The notes under the pieces: model-generated
What the model saw: the letters and a program-made list of their open reading frames with translations, nothing else
Told to the model about the DNA's origin: nothing
The model's database searches: none
Source: Oscillospiraceae bacterium
Lineage (GTDB): Bacteria > Bacillota > Clostridia > UBA1212 > UBA1255
Length of the DNA: 64,000 nt
Direction of reading: 5' to 3'
NCBI GenBank assembly: GCA_015069185.1
Contig: SVJB01000006.1
Coordinates: 4,974 to 68,973 of the forward strand
Translations under genes and position numbers: made by a program
Shown: piece after piece, positions 30,553-40,115 of the stretch
How positions within the stretch are numbered: the first letter of the stretch is position 1
Layout of the letters: every line of letters begins with the position of its first letter

Positions 30553-31638
30553 TTATTTCTTCTTTCTTATGATAAGAGTAGCACCGAGAATTAACATTAT
30601 TTGAGCAATGCCGGATGCTGATCTGCAGCCTCCATCCTCTGTTTGTCTGTTCTCCGGTGCCTGTGTAGGCTCTCTGGTAGGCAGTTTATCTATAGGTATA
30701 GCCGTAGGCCTTAGAGTCGGTGTAGCTATAGGCTTATTAAAGCTATATGTCAGCACAAGATTATCAAACTTTATAGTTTTATCTGTACCTCTATTCCCAA
30801 TAGCAATACCCGAGTATTCAGCACATATACGTGCATTATCCAATGTCATGACTGCATTCCCATCAGGATCCTTTACAGTAGCCTGCTTATAGTATAACAT
30901 AGGACAATCCTTATCATCACCATCCGGATATGCAGCAGCCTCTCCGCCATACTCTATAGTACACAAAGCAACACCGTTTATCATAACAGCAATATTGCCT
31001 ACACCATCGTCTGTAAATTTATAAGTATTCATTTGTCTTGCTTTAAAGCCTTGAGGATATTTAAATTCTACTGTTTCAGAGCAAATATTAAGGCCGTCAT
31101 CAACGTATGTCTTTATACAAATACATATTTTTGTAGATGTTTCATATATCTTTATGCCTGATCCGCCTGTACCTGACGTTCCGTGTTCGCCACCGTTTTC
31201 AGCATACCAGTCCCATTCAAAGAATCCAAATTTCTGATCAATATCTGCATTTTTAGGATTCTTGATAGTATATGTATTAGGGTCAATTGCCCTTAGAAAT
31301 ATTGCACTATTATCTGTTTTACTTGACACATAGTCAACCTGGAATGAATATTCACCGGTAAGATATTCATATGCTACATTTTCACTTATATATATCTGTG
31401 AATAGCCCTTTATGTATCCTTCGCCGTTATTATTAACAGTTGCGGTACCGCCGGCAAAATTCTCCACTGTAAAAAAGTCCACAATATCCGTATTGGCAAT
31501 TTCGTCATCGCCTGGTTCAAAAGAAATCTCAAAGCTCTTTGTAATAGTTTCATACTGTATGTCTTGGGCTGATATTGTCTGTGAAAATAATGCCAGCAAC
31601 GAAACAATAACAAATATTAATATAAAAGTCTTTTTCAT
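30553..31638 (-). CDS. Secreted ConA/DUF1080-like protein with Cys-containing C-terminal anchor
   Basis: Signal peptide; YSFQVDY...DNSAIFLRA, GGSGIKIY and YKQATVKDPDG; PT linker; tail GGCRSASGIAQIMLILGATLIIRKKK. Confidence 0.6.
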   Translation of the reverse strand: MKKTFILIFVIVSLLALFSQTISAQDIQYETITKSFEISFEPGDDEIANTDIVDFFTVENFAGGTATVNNNGEGYIKGYSQIYISENVAYEYLTGEYSFQVDYVSSKTDNSAIFLRAIDPNTYTIKNPKNADIDQKFGFFEWDWYAENGGEHGTSGTGGSGIKIYETSTKICICIKTYVDDGLNICSETVEFKYPQGFKARQMNTYKFTDDGVGNIAVMINGVALCTIEYGGEAAAYPDGDDKDCPMLYYKQATVKDPDGNAVMTLDNARICAEYSGIAIGNRGTDKTIKFDNLVLTYSFNKPIATPTLRPTAIPIDKLPTREPTQAPENRQTEDGGCRSASGIAQIMLILGATLIIRKKK

Positions 31639-33599
31639 ACAGCTACCTCCGTTTTATTTGCTTTCCGTTTTCTCATTATAATCACTATCACAGTCGCGCC
31701 AACTGCCACTGCTGCTCCGGCAGAGATTAATATAATATGCATTGTATTTAATATATTCGGATCATCTGAACTAATCTGAACAAAATGTTCATTAGATATT
31801 TTTCCGTTTTCTTTTACATATCTGAAGTTAAATCGCTCATTTGGCGCGCTATCTCCCAGGTCCATAAATTCCATAACCTGACCTGTTGTGGTAGAGTTAT
31901 CTGCCCATTTAAAGTCGAAATTATCACGATCATCAAGTCTGATCAAGCTGTTATCTACGCATATCACCATTGTATCGCCTAACAAAACATAGTCAGCCTG
32001 TCCAACAGTCTCAAACTCCCAACTATTATCAACAAATCGCTCTACAGACACGCTGCCATCCTGGCGGCTACGATTTAGCACGAAATCATATCCTTCCCAA
32101 CCTGAATAATAAAACTGGTCTGCATCTATATACAGGTTCATCCAGTTAGTCCCTTCTGCTTCTATAATATTTTCTGTACAGCGCACATAAAAATACGTGT
32201 ATTGATCTGTTTTAGAGACCTTTGCCTCCTGAATATCGTTGCGACCTGTTGTGTTCACCACCTTATCACCTGTTACCAGCACATAATCTCTGTGTGTAAT
32301 GTCATTGACCATATCCGAGAAAACAGGCCCTACATTGTTAAATTCTGTCAAATCGCCGTTTATATTTACTGTAACAGAGCCGGTTCCTTGAGGAATTTCT
32401 CTCACTCCCTTGAATTTACGTATATATGATGCCATCTGATAATAATAGTTATCTCCAAACAACGATTTAATAGGCTCAATGTCACGGCTAAATTCAGCGC
32501 TAAAAGCATCAACGTAATTACTTTGAAACTGTAAGTCACCTTGTGCTATAGTGTATGAATTGGATATACGCTGACCTATTCCGGCATCCGGCCATCTACC
32601 AAATGTAAATTCATTCCAACCAGTAATCATCACAATATCAGGATCAATTTTAAGAGCATGTTCCCATTGTTCTGCAAAAGTAAGACCAAGGCCTGAAGTT
32701 TCCAGCCCATAACCAAAGTCTCTCCAACCGCTGGAGGGCTGAGCACCATCATGAAAGCTACGACCTTTAGATGAATTAGAGTGAAAACCTGCAGATACAA
32801 CCACCTGTTCTATATTACCTTCTTCATCTCTGCCCGGGACCTGGGGATATTCAGCAATCCATGGCCACTTTCCCTTACCGTCTCCTGTCCAGTCATTAAA
32901 AGCCCAAGAGTCACGCAATGTAAAGAAATCACGGTATTCAGCCGCTAGCTGGCTGTGATTACCAAGCAACAGTGGCTTTCCGTCCCAACAAAACCACAAA
33001 TCTTTATACTCATCATGTGAATAAATATTCTTCCATATAGACTTCATATGTGATGGCATATTACCCTCGTCCATACCACAGAAGAAAGCTATTTGCGGTG
33101 TAGTGCCGCCTTCTTGTCGGATCTGGGACCATACCTTGAACATTGTCAGCCATGCGTGTTCAAACAAACCTCCAAGATTTGTTGTATCAAGAAATACAAA
33201 ATCTACTCCTGCCTCAGACAGAAGCTGGGCGTGCTTACGATATATCCATTCATCAGTATTATTATAATATCCGTAATACGGTTCTGCCCACACATGGAAT
33301 CCGTTTCGCGGTACTATTTCCCATACAGCTTCAATGCCACCTTCTAAAAATGTTTTAGTTGTATCTATAACATGGGCACTTTTCGAATCCATAAACAAGA
33401 AATAGAAAATACCTACATATTTGCTTTCTCTGGGGTCACCAACATCCTCATTTGTAGGCAATTCTCTGCCCAGTGCATCTGTAGCCACCCATGTATCATA
33501 CATACAATCTCTTTCCTGTGCCATTACTACGGAAGAAACGCTTAGTATAAAAATAACTATGTATATTACTGTAAACAATCTTGTTACTATTTTTTTCAT
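31635..33599 (-). CDS. Secreted membrane-anchored GH71/99-like protein, paralogue 3
   Basis: WVATDALGR, VGIFYFL, WAEPYYGYY, RKHAQLLSEAGVD, ITGWNEF and SRDIEP; C-terminal TM plus RKRK. Confidence 0.6.
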   Translation of the reverse strand: MKKIVTRLFTVIYIVIFILSVSSVVMAQERDCMYDTWVATDALGRELPTNEDVGDPRESKYVGIFYFLFMDSKSAHVIDTTKTFLEGGIEAVWEIVPRNGFHVWAEPYYGYYNNTDEWIYRKHAQLLSEAGVDFVFLDTTNLGGLFEHAWLTMFKVWSQIRQEGGTTPQIAFFCGMDEGNMPSHMKSIWKNIYSHDEYKDLWFCWDGKPLLLGNHSQLAAEYRDFFTLRDSWAFNDWTGDGKGKWPWIAEYPQVPGRDEEGNIEQVVVSAGFHSNSSKGRSFHDGAQPSSGWRDFGYGLETSGLGLTFAEQWEHALKIDPDIVMITGWNEFTFGRWPDAGIGQRISNSYTIAQGDLQFQSNYVDAFSAEFSRDIEPIKSLFGDNYYYQMASYIRKFKGVREIPQGTGSVTVNINGDLTEFNNVGPVFSDMVNDITHRDYVLVTGDKVVNTTGRNDIQEAKVSKTDQYTYFYVRCTENIIEAEGTNWMNLYIDADQFYYSGWEGYDFVLNRSRQDGSVSVERFVDNSWEFETVGQADYVLLGDTMVICVDNSLIRLDDRDNFDFKWADNSTTTGQVMEFMDLGDSAPNERFNFRYVKENGKISNEHFVQISSDDPNILNTMHIILISAGAAVAVGATVIVIIMRKRKANKTEVAV

Positions 33600-33614
33600 T
33601 ATTTTCACCCTCCT

Positions 33615-35003
33615 TTAAGACACAGATGCAGATAACCCGTCGATGGTCATCTCTGCTTCAAGGCAGAAGTCTTTTATGTATATTTTGAAAGCTCTTTCTG
33701 AATCATTGCTCTCACCAAAATCTCTTTGCATAAGCGCACTGAAGATTGTACGAAGCCTTATATTCTTATTATAAACGTCTGCATCACCGTCCAGGACTTG
33801 TACAAAATCATCTCTTACATCGTAATCAATACCGTAAAGAACTGCCTTTGCATTATCACCTGCCAAGAGACCTTTCTTCCAGAAATCCTGTTCCCACAAA
33901 GCTTTTTTTACCGGTATACCACCATAATAGTCATTTAATATCTTTTGTCCTATATCGGATACAGAAAATAATGCAAAGGCGGCAGCAGTAGCCTTCTTTT
34001 CTGAACTCTTTAGTACACTGAACCCTTTTATAAATCCTGTATTGGCATTTCCTGTTACCTTTCCGTCATCTCCTGCCGGCAGCGGTAGCAACTTAAGCGT
34101 ACCCGCCTCTAACAGAGCCTCAGTATTCTTTCCCGGGTTTGCCCTTGTAAGTTCTAATGTTTCATTTGTAACGCCATCATGCCACGGCATACATGCATAC
34201 GTCATTGACATTGCGCAAACAGCCGTAGCACTGCCCTTTTGATCTATTTGGTAAGATCTGGCAAGACCTGAGTTATACACATCCAGCATCCTGAGCAATG
34301 CATTGTATGTCTCCCCTGTATCCATGGTGATACTCTTGCCGTTATTCCAGCCACCGCCAAACATATTACAATAATACTGCCACACATACGGCATATAATA
34401 AGGCATATAAATACCTGTATATCTGATATTGTTCGTACTGTAATACAGCTGTTCCAATGTTTCCAGAAATTCCGAATATGTCCAACCATTAATTGATGGC
34501 ACCTCTACACAGGCTTGAGCAAACAAAGATGTATCTGCATAAATTACAGTCCTGTCATAATTAAAAGGCATGTAATATATTGCATATTTTTCACCATTTT
34601 TATCAGCAAAACGACCTATATCCAATGCAGACGGTAATAGCTGCGCTTCATCTACGTCGTTTTTCTTCATATACTGTGTCAGGTCAACCAGATCGCCCGC
34701 AATATATCGGAGAACATCGTCACCACTTGCCAGAATACAATCATAACCATCAGTTTTCGCCGGTAATACATTCAAATATTCATACTGAACCTGCAGGTCG
34801 GGATTATGTAGTGTGAATGCCCTAGCGTATTCCTCCAGGCATTTTTCCTGCGCTTTCTGAGCTCCGGCCGAAGACTGATCCCTTACCACTGCTACAATTA
34901 TAGTATTCGGATCTGTTTTATTGCATCCGGATATGCTAACTGCGCAAACAACAAGCGTCAAGCATAACATCATTAATATAACAGTAATTTTCACTCTTTT
35001 CAT
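33615..35003 (-). CDS. Sugar ABC-transporter solute-binding lipoprotein (family 1-like)
   Basis: Lipobox ISGC; LVDLTQY, IYYMPFNYD and GWTYSEFLE; ATG 35003 after AGGAG. Confidence 0.75.
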   Translation of the reverse strand: MKRVKITVILMMLCLTLVVCAVSISGCNKTDPNTIIVAVVRDQSSAGAQKAQEKCLEEYARAFTLHNPDLQVQYEYLNVLPAKTDGYDCILASGDDVLRYIAGDLVDLTQYMKKNDVDEAQLLPSALDIGRFADKNGEKYAIYYMPFNYDRTVIYADTSLFAQACVEVPSINGWTYSEFLETLEQLYYSTNNIRYTGIYMPYYMPYVWQYYCNMFGGGWNNGKSITMDTGETYNALLRMLDVYNSGLARSYQIDQKGSATAVCAMSMTYACMPWHDGVTNETLELTRANPGKNTEALLEAGTLKLLPLPAGDDGKVTGNANTGFIKGFSVLKSSEKKATAAAFALFSVSDIGQKILNDYYGGIPVKKALWEQDFWKKGLLAGDNAKAVLYGIDYDVRDDFVQVLDGDADVYNKNIRLRTIFSALMQRDFGESNDSERAFKIYIKDFCLEAEMTIDGLSASVS

Positions 35004-35035
35004 ACAATCTCTCCTGTGAAAATATTTACAATAAC

Positions 35036-35071
35036 ATAAGCGCACAGATTGTTTTAAGACTGTGCGCTTAT
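35036..35071. terminator. Intergenic stem-loop or terminator
   Basis: ATAAGCGCACAG...CTGTGCGCTTAT. Confidence 0.6.
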
Positions 35072-35082
35072 AATAATTTCCA

Positions 35083-36954
35083 TTATTTACCTAACCAGAT
35101 AGCATATTCTATCAAAGCATCAACATTAATACCGCTCTCCCACGGACGGAACCTGACGCCGTCAAACCTGCTCTCAATATACCGCTCTGACCATGTACCC
35201 ACATCATCCATAAGATCAAGCACTTTGTTATATACCATTTCCTTGCCGTCCATATCGTACAGCACCAGGTTATACAGTAATAATCCATAATCGTATCCGA
35301 TATTTTTCTTGTGTGCATCATCAGAATAGACATATCCATCTTTTTTCATCTTATCCACAAGTTCCTGCAAATAGCCGGTTATTATATCTTTCCCGGGGTA
35401 CGGAGAGCTTACATATGCAGGTAACAGCAAAGCACTTGGCAAATGATACAGGTCATATTTTCTTTGCATCTTCTTACCATGGCTAATGCATTTAGGACAT
35501 AAGTATACATCTCCCTCACAGAGCTTAGTCCAGCCAAAGAAATCGCAGTCACCGATGCCCATGTTGAGGCATACTCCATATCTGTATTCAGGCTGTGCCA
35601 AGCCCTCTAATCTACGTGGGTTGTTAAGTGTGTATTTTCCGTCTATGATGAAATTATTCAGATACTCTTTTTCTACCGCATTCACAGTATTTTCCATTTT
35701 ATCCAAGTCATATTTATCACTAATATCTGATGTTTTAAGAAAATCAATAAGCGCATGACCTGATAAAATAAATAACATAGTAGCCTCTGCAGAGCCATCA
35801 TTCAACACATCTCTTGGCAGTAACCCACCGGCAATATATGTTTCATCCCCATTAAACGGCAGCATACCATTATGAATTTGGGTTTCCTGTTGCAAATAGA
35901 GCCAATACAAGAAATCAATATTTTCACGTATAACATCATAATCGCCTGTCAGCTGTGCATATTTGAAGAACTGAAGTAACAGATAACCGGTTATCTCTGT
36001 TTTATCGTTTTCGGCAAAATGGAACAGACCCTTTACCCCTACTCCCTGTGCATTTAGGATATATCCGTTATGACGGTACACATCAATGTAGAATTGAAGC
36101 ATTTTCCTTGCTTGTTTATGCAAACCAAGCTTAAGCATACACATGCATACACCGTATTGGTCACGTACATAGCCAAGGGGAAAAGGCTCCCCTGCGATTA
36201 CGCTACCCTCTGCGCCTTGCTGTGCAAGAATATTGATAACAGTGCTCTCTATAGCATAAATAAGTTCTTCTCTACGTGGCATATTTGCAGGCACCACATC
36301 CAGCGCTGTAACAGTGCCAAACACCTGAGCCCACCATTTTTTAGTTTCCTCCAGCATTTGCTCATAAGATAGTTTCATTATGTGCAATGTATTCTGATCA
36401 CATTCAGGAAAGGAAGGGCCTCCTACTATTATGATATCAGCAGTACCCTGCACTGCAATATCATATGTAAACTCCCCTACACTCTTAACCTCCGCATCAC
36501 CGCTTACTATTATGTTAAAGAACTGAGGAAAGGGAAGCGGATAATCGTTATACACCGGATTACCATTCTTTGTTTTAAATAAAATCACGGTCTTACTATC
36601 TGCATGTGATACAGTATCATAATGTAACTGCTCTTTATTTCCATTAAATGGCTGTAAACTAAGGCTGATCCTCTTAGTACTTGTTACTCTGCGCACAAGG
36701 CAAGGGGCCTCGGAATAAGCAAAGTCCGTAACAGCAGCAAATGTGTTTCCATTTTCTTCTAATTCAACTGTCCAACAAGCAACCTGTTTCTGTCTGAAGA
36801 CAGTATGGCGCGTTACAGACTCTGCCAGCATTAATTTACATTCAAATACAGATGGAGAGGAATACGGCGGTCCAAACACCTTGATCAAATCACCTTGTGC
36901 ATATACGCCCAGTATTTTTCCGTTTCCGGACATATAAATCATATCTGTATCCAT
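35083..36954 (-). CDS. Putative cytoplasmic (alpha/alpha)6-barrel glycoside hydrolase (GH15-like), unclassified
   Basis: QQGAEGSVIA, GYVRDQYG (W/YxRD), FNGDETY, GTWSERY and RPWESG. Confidence 0.55.
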   Translation of the reverse strand: MDTDMIYMSGNGKILGVYAQGDLIKVFGPPYSSPSVFECKLMLAESVTRHTVFRQKQVACWTVELEENGNTFAAVTDFAYSEAPCLVRRVTSTKRISLSLQPFNGNKEQLHYDTVSHADSKTVILFKTKNGNPVYNDYPLPFPQFFNIIVSGDAEVKSVGEFTYDIAVQGTADIIIVGGPSFPECDQNTLHIMKLSYEQMLEETKKWWAQVFGTVTALDVVPANMPRREELIYAIESTVINILAQQGAEGSVIAGEPFPLGYVRDQYGVCMCMLKLGLHKQARKMLQFYIDVYRHNGYILNAQGVGVKGLFHFAENDKTEITGYLLLQFFKYAQLTGDYDVIRENIDFLYWLYLQQETQIHNGMLPFNGDETYIAGGLLPRDVLNDGSAEATMLFILSGHALIDFLKTSDISDKYDLDKMENTVNAVEKEYLNNFIIDGKYTLNNPRRLEGLAQPEYRYGVCLNMGIGDCDFFGWTKLCEGDVYLCPKCISHGKKMQRKYDLYHLPSALLLPAYVSSPYPGKDIITGYLQELVDKMKKDGYVYSDDAHKKNIGYDYGLLLYNLVLYDMDGKEMVYNKVLDLMDDVGTWSERYIESRFDGVRFRPWESGINVDALIEYAIWLGK

Positions 36955-36973
36955 GTGTTTTCCCTCCAACTAT

Positions 36974-37801
36974 TTATGCGTTAACAAGTACCTTTTTAAA
37001 GAAATTACTTGCATATTCCATATCTTTATACGGATCTCTTCCTTCCAGATGCCAGAACTCTGCAGTAAAGCGACGTACATTCATATCAAGCAATGCCTTT
37101 GATATTTCATCAAAGTTTACTTGTCCATCACCGTACATCATATTACGAAATACGCCGGGAACAGTTTCTTTAAAATGGGCTGAGAAGATATGGCCTCGTC
37201 CTGTATATAAATCTCCCACCGGATCCTTTGTTGCGTTGCAGATATTTCCTGTATCCGGATACACACCAAGATATGGAGAATTAATCTTATTAACATATTC
37301 CATTGCCTTTTCAGTTGTGTTCATAAAATCATTTTCCATAGTCTCCAGCGCCAGTATCACGCCATATGCCGATGCCATATGAGCTGATTTTGCGAGATTC
37401 TCTGTGAAAAGCTTCTTACTTTCTTCATCTGATGTTTCATTATAATATACATCATAACCAGCAAGCTGAATAATACGAACGCCTATATCATGAGCAAAGC
37501 ATATTGCATTTTCCATTATTTCCATGCCCTTAGCACGAATCTCAGGGATATGACTACCAATTGTATACTTACGATGTCCGCTAAGACAAATCGAAGTAAC
37601 AGGCAGACGATCTGCACTAAGATGTACAAAATCACGTCTTTCCTGCTGAGTCCAGTCAAGGCGGGCTAGCTTTGCGTCCGTCTCATCCACACTCATCTCT
37701 ACATAATCAAAGCCCTTTGCACCGGCTGTTTCCAGCTTCTTCGCCCAGTCCCAATCGCTCGGCATAGCTTTTTCATATAAACCCAATAAATAATTTTTCA
37801 T
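36974..37801 (-). CDS. ulaE: L-ribulose-5-phosphate 3-epimerase (UlaE/SgbU)
   Basis: LGLYEKAMP, EMSVDETDAKLARLDW, CLSGHRKY, IQLAGYDVYY, YPDTGN, HFKETVPG and AEFW. Confidence 0.93.
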   Translation of the reverse strand: MKNYLLGLYEKAMPSDWDWAKKLETAGAKGFDYVEMSVDETDAKLARLDWTQQERRDFVHLSADRLPVTSICLSGHRKYTIGSHIPEIRAKGMEIMENAICFAHDIGVRIIQLAGYDVYYNETSDEESKKLFTENLAKSAHMASAYGVILALETMENDFMNTTEKAMEYVNKINSPYLGVYPDTGNICNATKDPVGDLYTGRGHIFSAHFKETVPGVFRNMMYGDGQVNFDEISKALLDMNVRRFTAEFWHLEGRDPYKDMEYASNFFKKVLVNA

Positions 37802-37802
37802 T

Positions 37803-40109
37803 TTATACCCTCACATATGCAAAATAGTTATTATTTACTTTGCGAATTTCCAGAATATCTCCGTTGTTCACTTTAATATCAGCTGATGCAAAAGGACCCA
37901 TTCTGATGTATTCCACATCAGCATCTGTTTTCCAGTCTGCAGTATATGATACATCCTGACAAGTTGCTGTAACTTTTCCTGCATGAACACCTTTCTGATA
38001 CTGGAATGTGATTTTACTCTTTTCACCATTTTTGTCAACAATCGGGAAATCAACAGTAGAGATTGAGCCCCATGTCAAAGGCAGACGCGGTATAAGTTTG
38101 ATGCCACGCGCAGGCATAATATCATCAATACCCAAGAGAAGTCTGGCACATTTTACAATCTCAGCCTGCTGTACTGCGTTACCCTGATCACTATTACGAT
38201 ACCAATATCTCTTAGATCCATGAACTATAACTCCCTCCGGAACGATATAATTATGATCTGTATGATGATAGCAGAACATAGCCGCAGCCTCAATACAATC
38301 TGTTAACTCTTCATATCTGTCAAGCATAATTGTTTGTTGTGTCAGATAACCCTGACCATAGCCCATTTGTCTTCCTGATTCAGGAGCGTAGAATACCTCT
38401 TTCTGAGCCATAAAAGTATTTGACATAAACTCAAATAATTCAGGGTCCTGTTTCTGCATATCATAACCAAACAGATCGCTGAAAATAAGCAAATCTACCA
38501 TTCTCTTGTACTCATATGTCCAGCAATCGTCTGTTGTATCTGTGAAAACATCACCGTATCTTGGATGATGCAGTATAAAATGACGTTTTGCACCTTCACG
38601 AAGCTCCGCAGCAAAATCCGCAATCTTTGCAGCATATTCACTTCTGCCCATATCTTCGAACATACGGCTGTAACCCAGAAGTGCATATGATGATATTATA
38701 TTTGAGAACAGGTCATAACCTCCTGTCAGCTGTGTACTTGTTTCAGACTCAGAATAAAGAATATCGCTGAAGTTAGACTCTACAGGATTATCTCTTTGCC
38801 ACAGATAGTAATCTGCGGCATCTTTAAGTTCCTTTTCATGATCAAAGAGCCACTGTTTATCAACAGCACCTTTTCTATACAGTGTGTACATACTGAGCAT
38901 AACTGCTGCATGTCCATCATTTTCCTTACCTTCGTTAAAGAGATCATTTTCATTCTGTGCAACAATATTTGCTACTCTCTTCCAATGCGGTATCTTGAAT
39001 CTTATATTGGGATAATAGAGGAGCTTATGTAGATAATCTGCTGCAACAGTAGTCCTCTTTCCATATCCAACATTTGTAAGCTCCATAAGAGTACGACCGA
39101 TATCACGTGTCCATACATGTCCGCCATACGTATCCTTGCCTTCATTGAATGTGCCAAAGCCAAGATAACATCCAAAGTTTGCTGCCAATGGTGTAGATGT
39201 ATGTGAACGTCCATCGTCGTCTACTTTTCCGTGAGCCATGTCCATAATGTTAGCACGATACACATTAGTATATACCTCTGCCATAGGAGCTCCCCCGAAG
39301 GTTATATCAGGCGCATCAAAATTCTCAATCTCAATCTTTGGATCATGCTCCGGTAGGTCATCGCGGAACTGATACAAACGTCTTGCCATTCTGTCAAGAT
39401 CTGCGTAATATGCACGACTAAGGAAGAAATCCTGATCTGCCAGTCTCCAGCTAGGGTCAATTTCTCCGCCCTTGAGCAAACCTGTAATTGCTGATATTGC
39501 TACATTTGTCTGTTTGCCCTCTTCCTTGGTAAATATGATTTCTTTTATCTTCTTAGTGTTATGAATACGATAACCGAATACCCATTTTGTACACTTTTCT
39601 GCCTCAGAGTCAGTATTTTCCATCAAGCACAGAGCCTTATCCTTCAGCGCAGCTGCATTCTTATCTGACGCAAAGGGCTCTGCATAAGGTGCCTCCCAGC
39701 AAGGCATATTTTCTCTGCCCTTGGTACCATAATATAAATTATAGTTCCATGCATTAACGCCAAAGATAACAGAAATAAGTTCCTCTGTTCTGTCTTCAAA
39801 TATAATACGTATACGAGCAAGTCTATCACCAAAGAATGTCCTTACAGTATAGTCCCATGCACATTCCTGCTGACCCCACCATTCTGATGTATAAATAGAA
39901 TCTGTTGCCATACCCAGGAAGAAAAGTACCTCACATTCCTGATTCTCAAATGGCAATACGGCCTCTTTCTGAGTATCAAGGTAAAGTGAATTCTGATGAA
40001 TCTTTTTCACCGCATCATTTTCATTTTTCATAACGTTAAATGGTATTCCGCAAACTGTTATTTCATGATTTTGCTCATTGTGTTGATATTTATAAAACAT
40101 ATTCTTCAT
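37803..40109 (-). CDS. Putative cytoplasmic (alpha/alpha)6-barrel glycoside hydrolase, unclassified
   Basis: HVWTRDIGR, ENDGH, LYSESE, GYGQGY, VPEG and LIPRLP; no signal peptide. Confidence 0.5.
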   Translation of the reverse strand: MKNMFYKYQHNEQNHEITVCGIPFNVMKNENDAVKKIHQNSLYLDTQKEAVLPFENQECEVLFFLGMATDSIYTSEWWGQQECAWDYTVRTFFGDRLARIRIIFEDRTEELISVIFGVNAWNYNLYYGTKGRENMPCWEAPYAEPFASDKNAAALKDKALCLMENTDSEAEKCTKWVFGYRIHNTKKIKEIIFTKEEGKQTNVAISAITGLLKGGEIDPSWRLADQDFFLSRAYYADLDRMARRLYQFRDDLPEHDPKIEIENFDAPDITFGGAPMAEVYTNVYRANIMDMAHGKVDDDGRSHTSTPLAANFGCYLGFGTFNEGKDTYGGHVWTRDIGRTLMELTNVGYGKRTTVAADYLHKLLYYPNIRFKIPHWKRVANIVAQNENDLFNEGKENDGHAAVMLSMYTLYRKGAVDKQWLFDHEKELKDAADYYLWQRDNPVESNFSDILYSESETSTQLTGGYDLFSNIISSYALLGYSRMFEDMGRSEYAAKIADFAAELREGAKRHFILHHPRYGDVFTDTTDDCWTYEYKRMVDLLIFSDLFGYDMQKQDPELFEFMSNTFMAQKEVFYAPESGRQMGYGQGYLTQQTIMLDRYEELTDCIEAAAMFCYHHTDHNYIVPEGVIVHGSKRYWYRNSDQGNAVQQAEIVKCARLLLGIDDIMPARGIKLIPRLPLTWGSISTVDFPIVDKNGEKSKITFQYQKGVHAGKVTATCQDVSYTADWKTDADVEYIRMGPFASADIKVNNGDILEIRKVNNNYFAYVRV

Positions 40110-40115
40110 CTCCTA

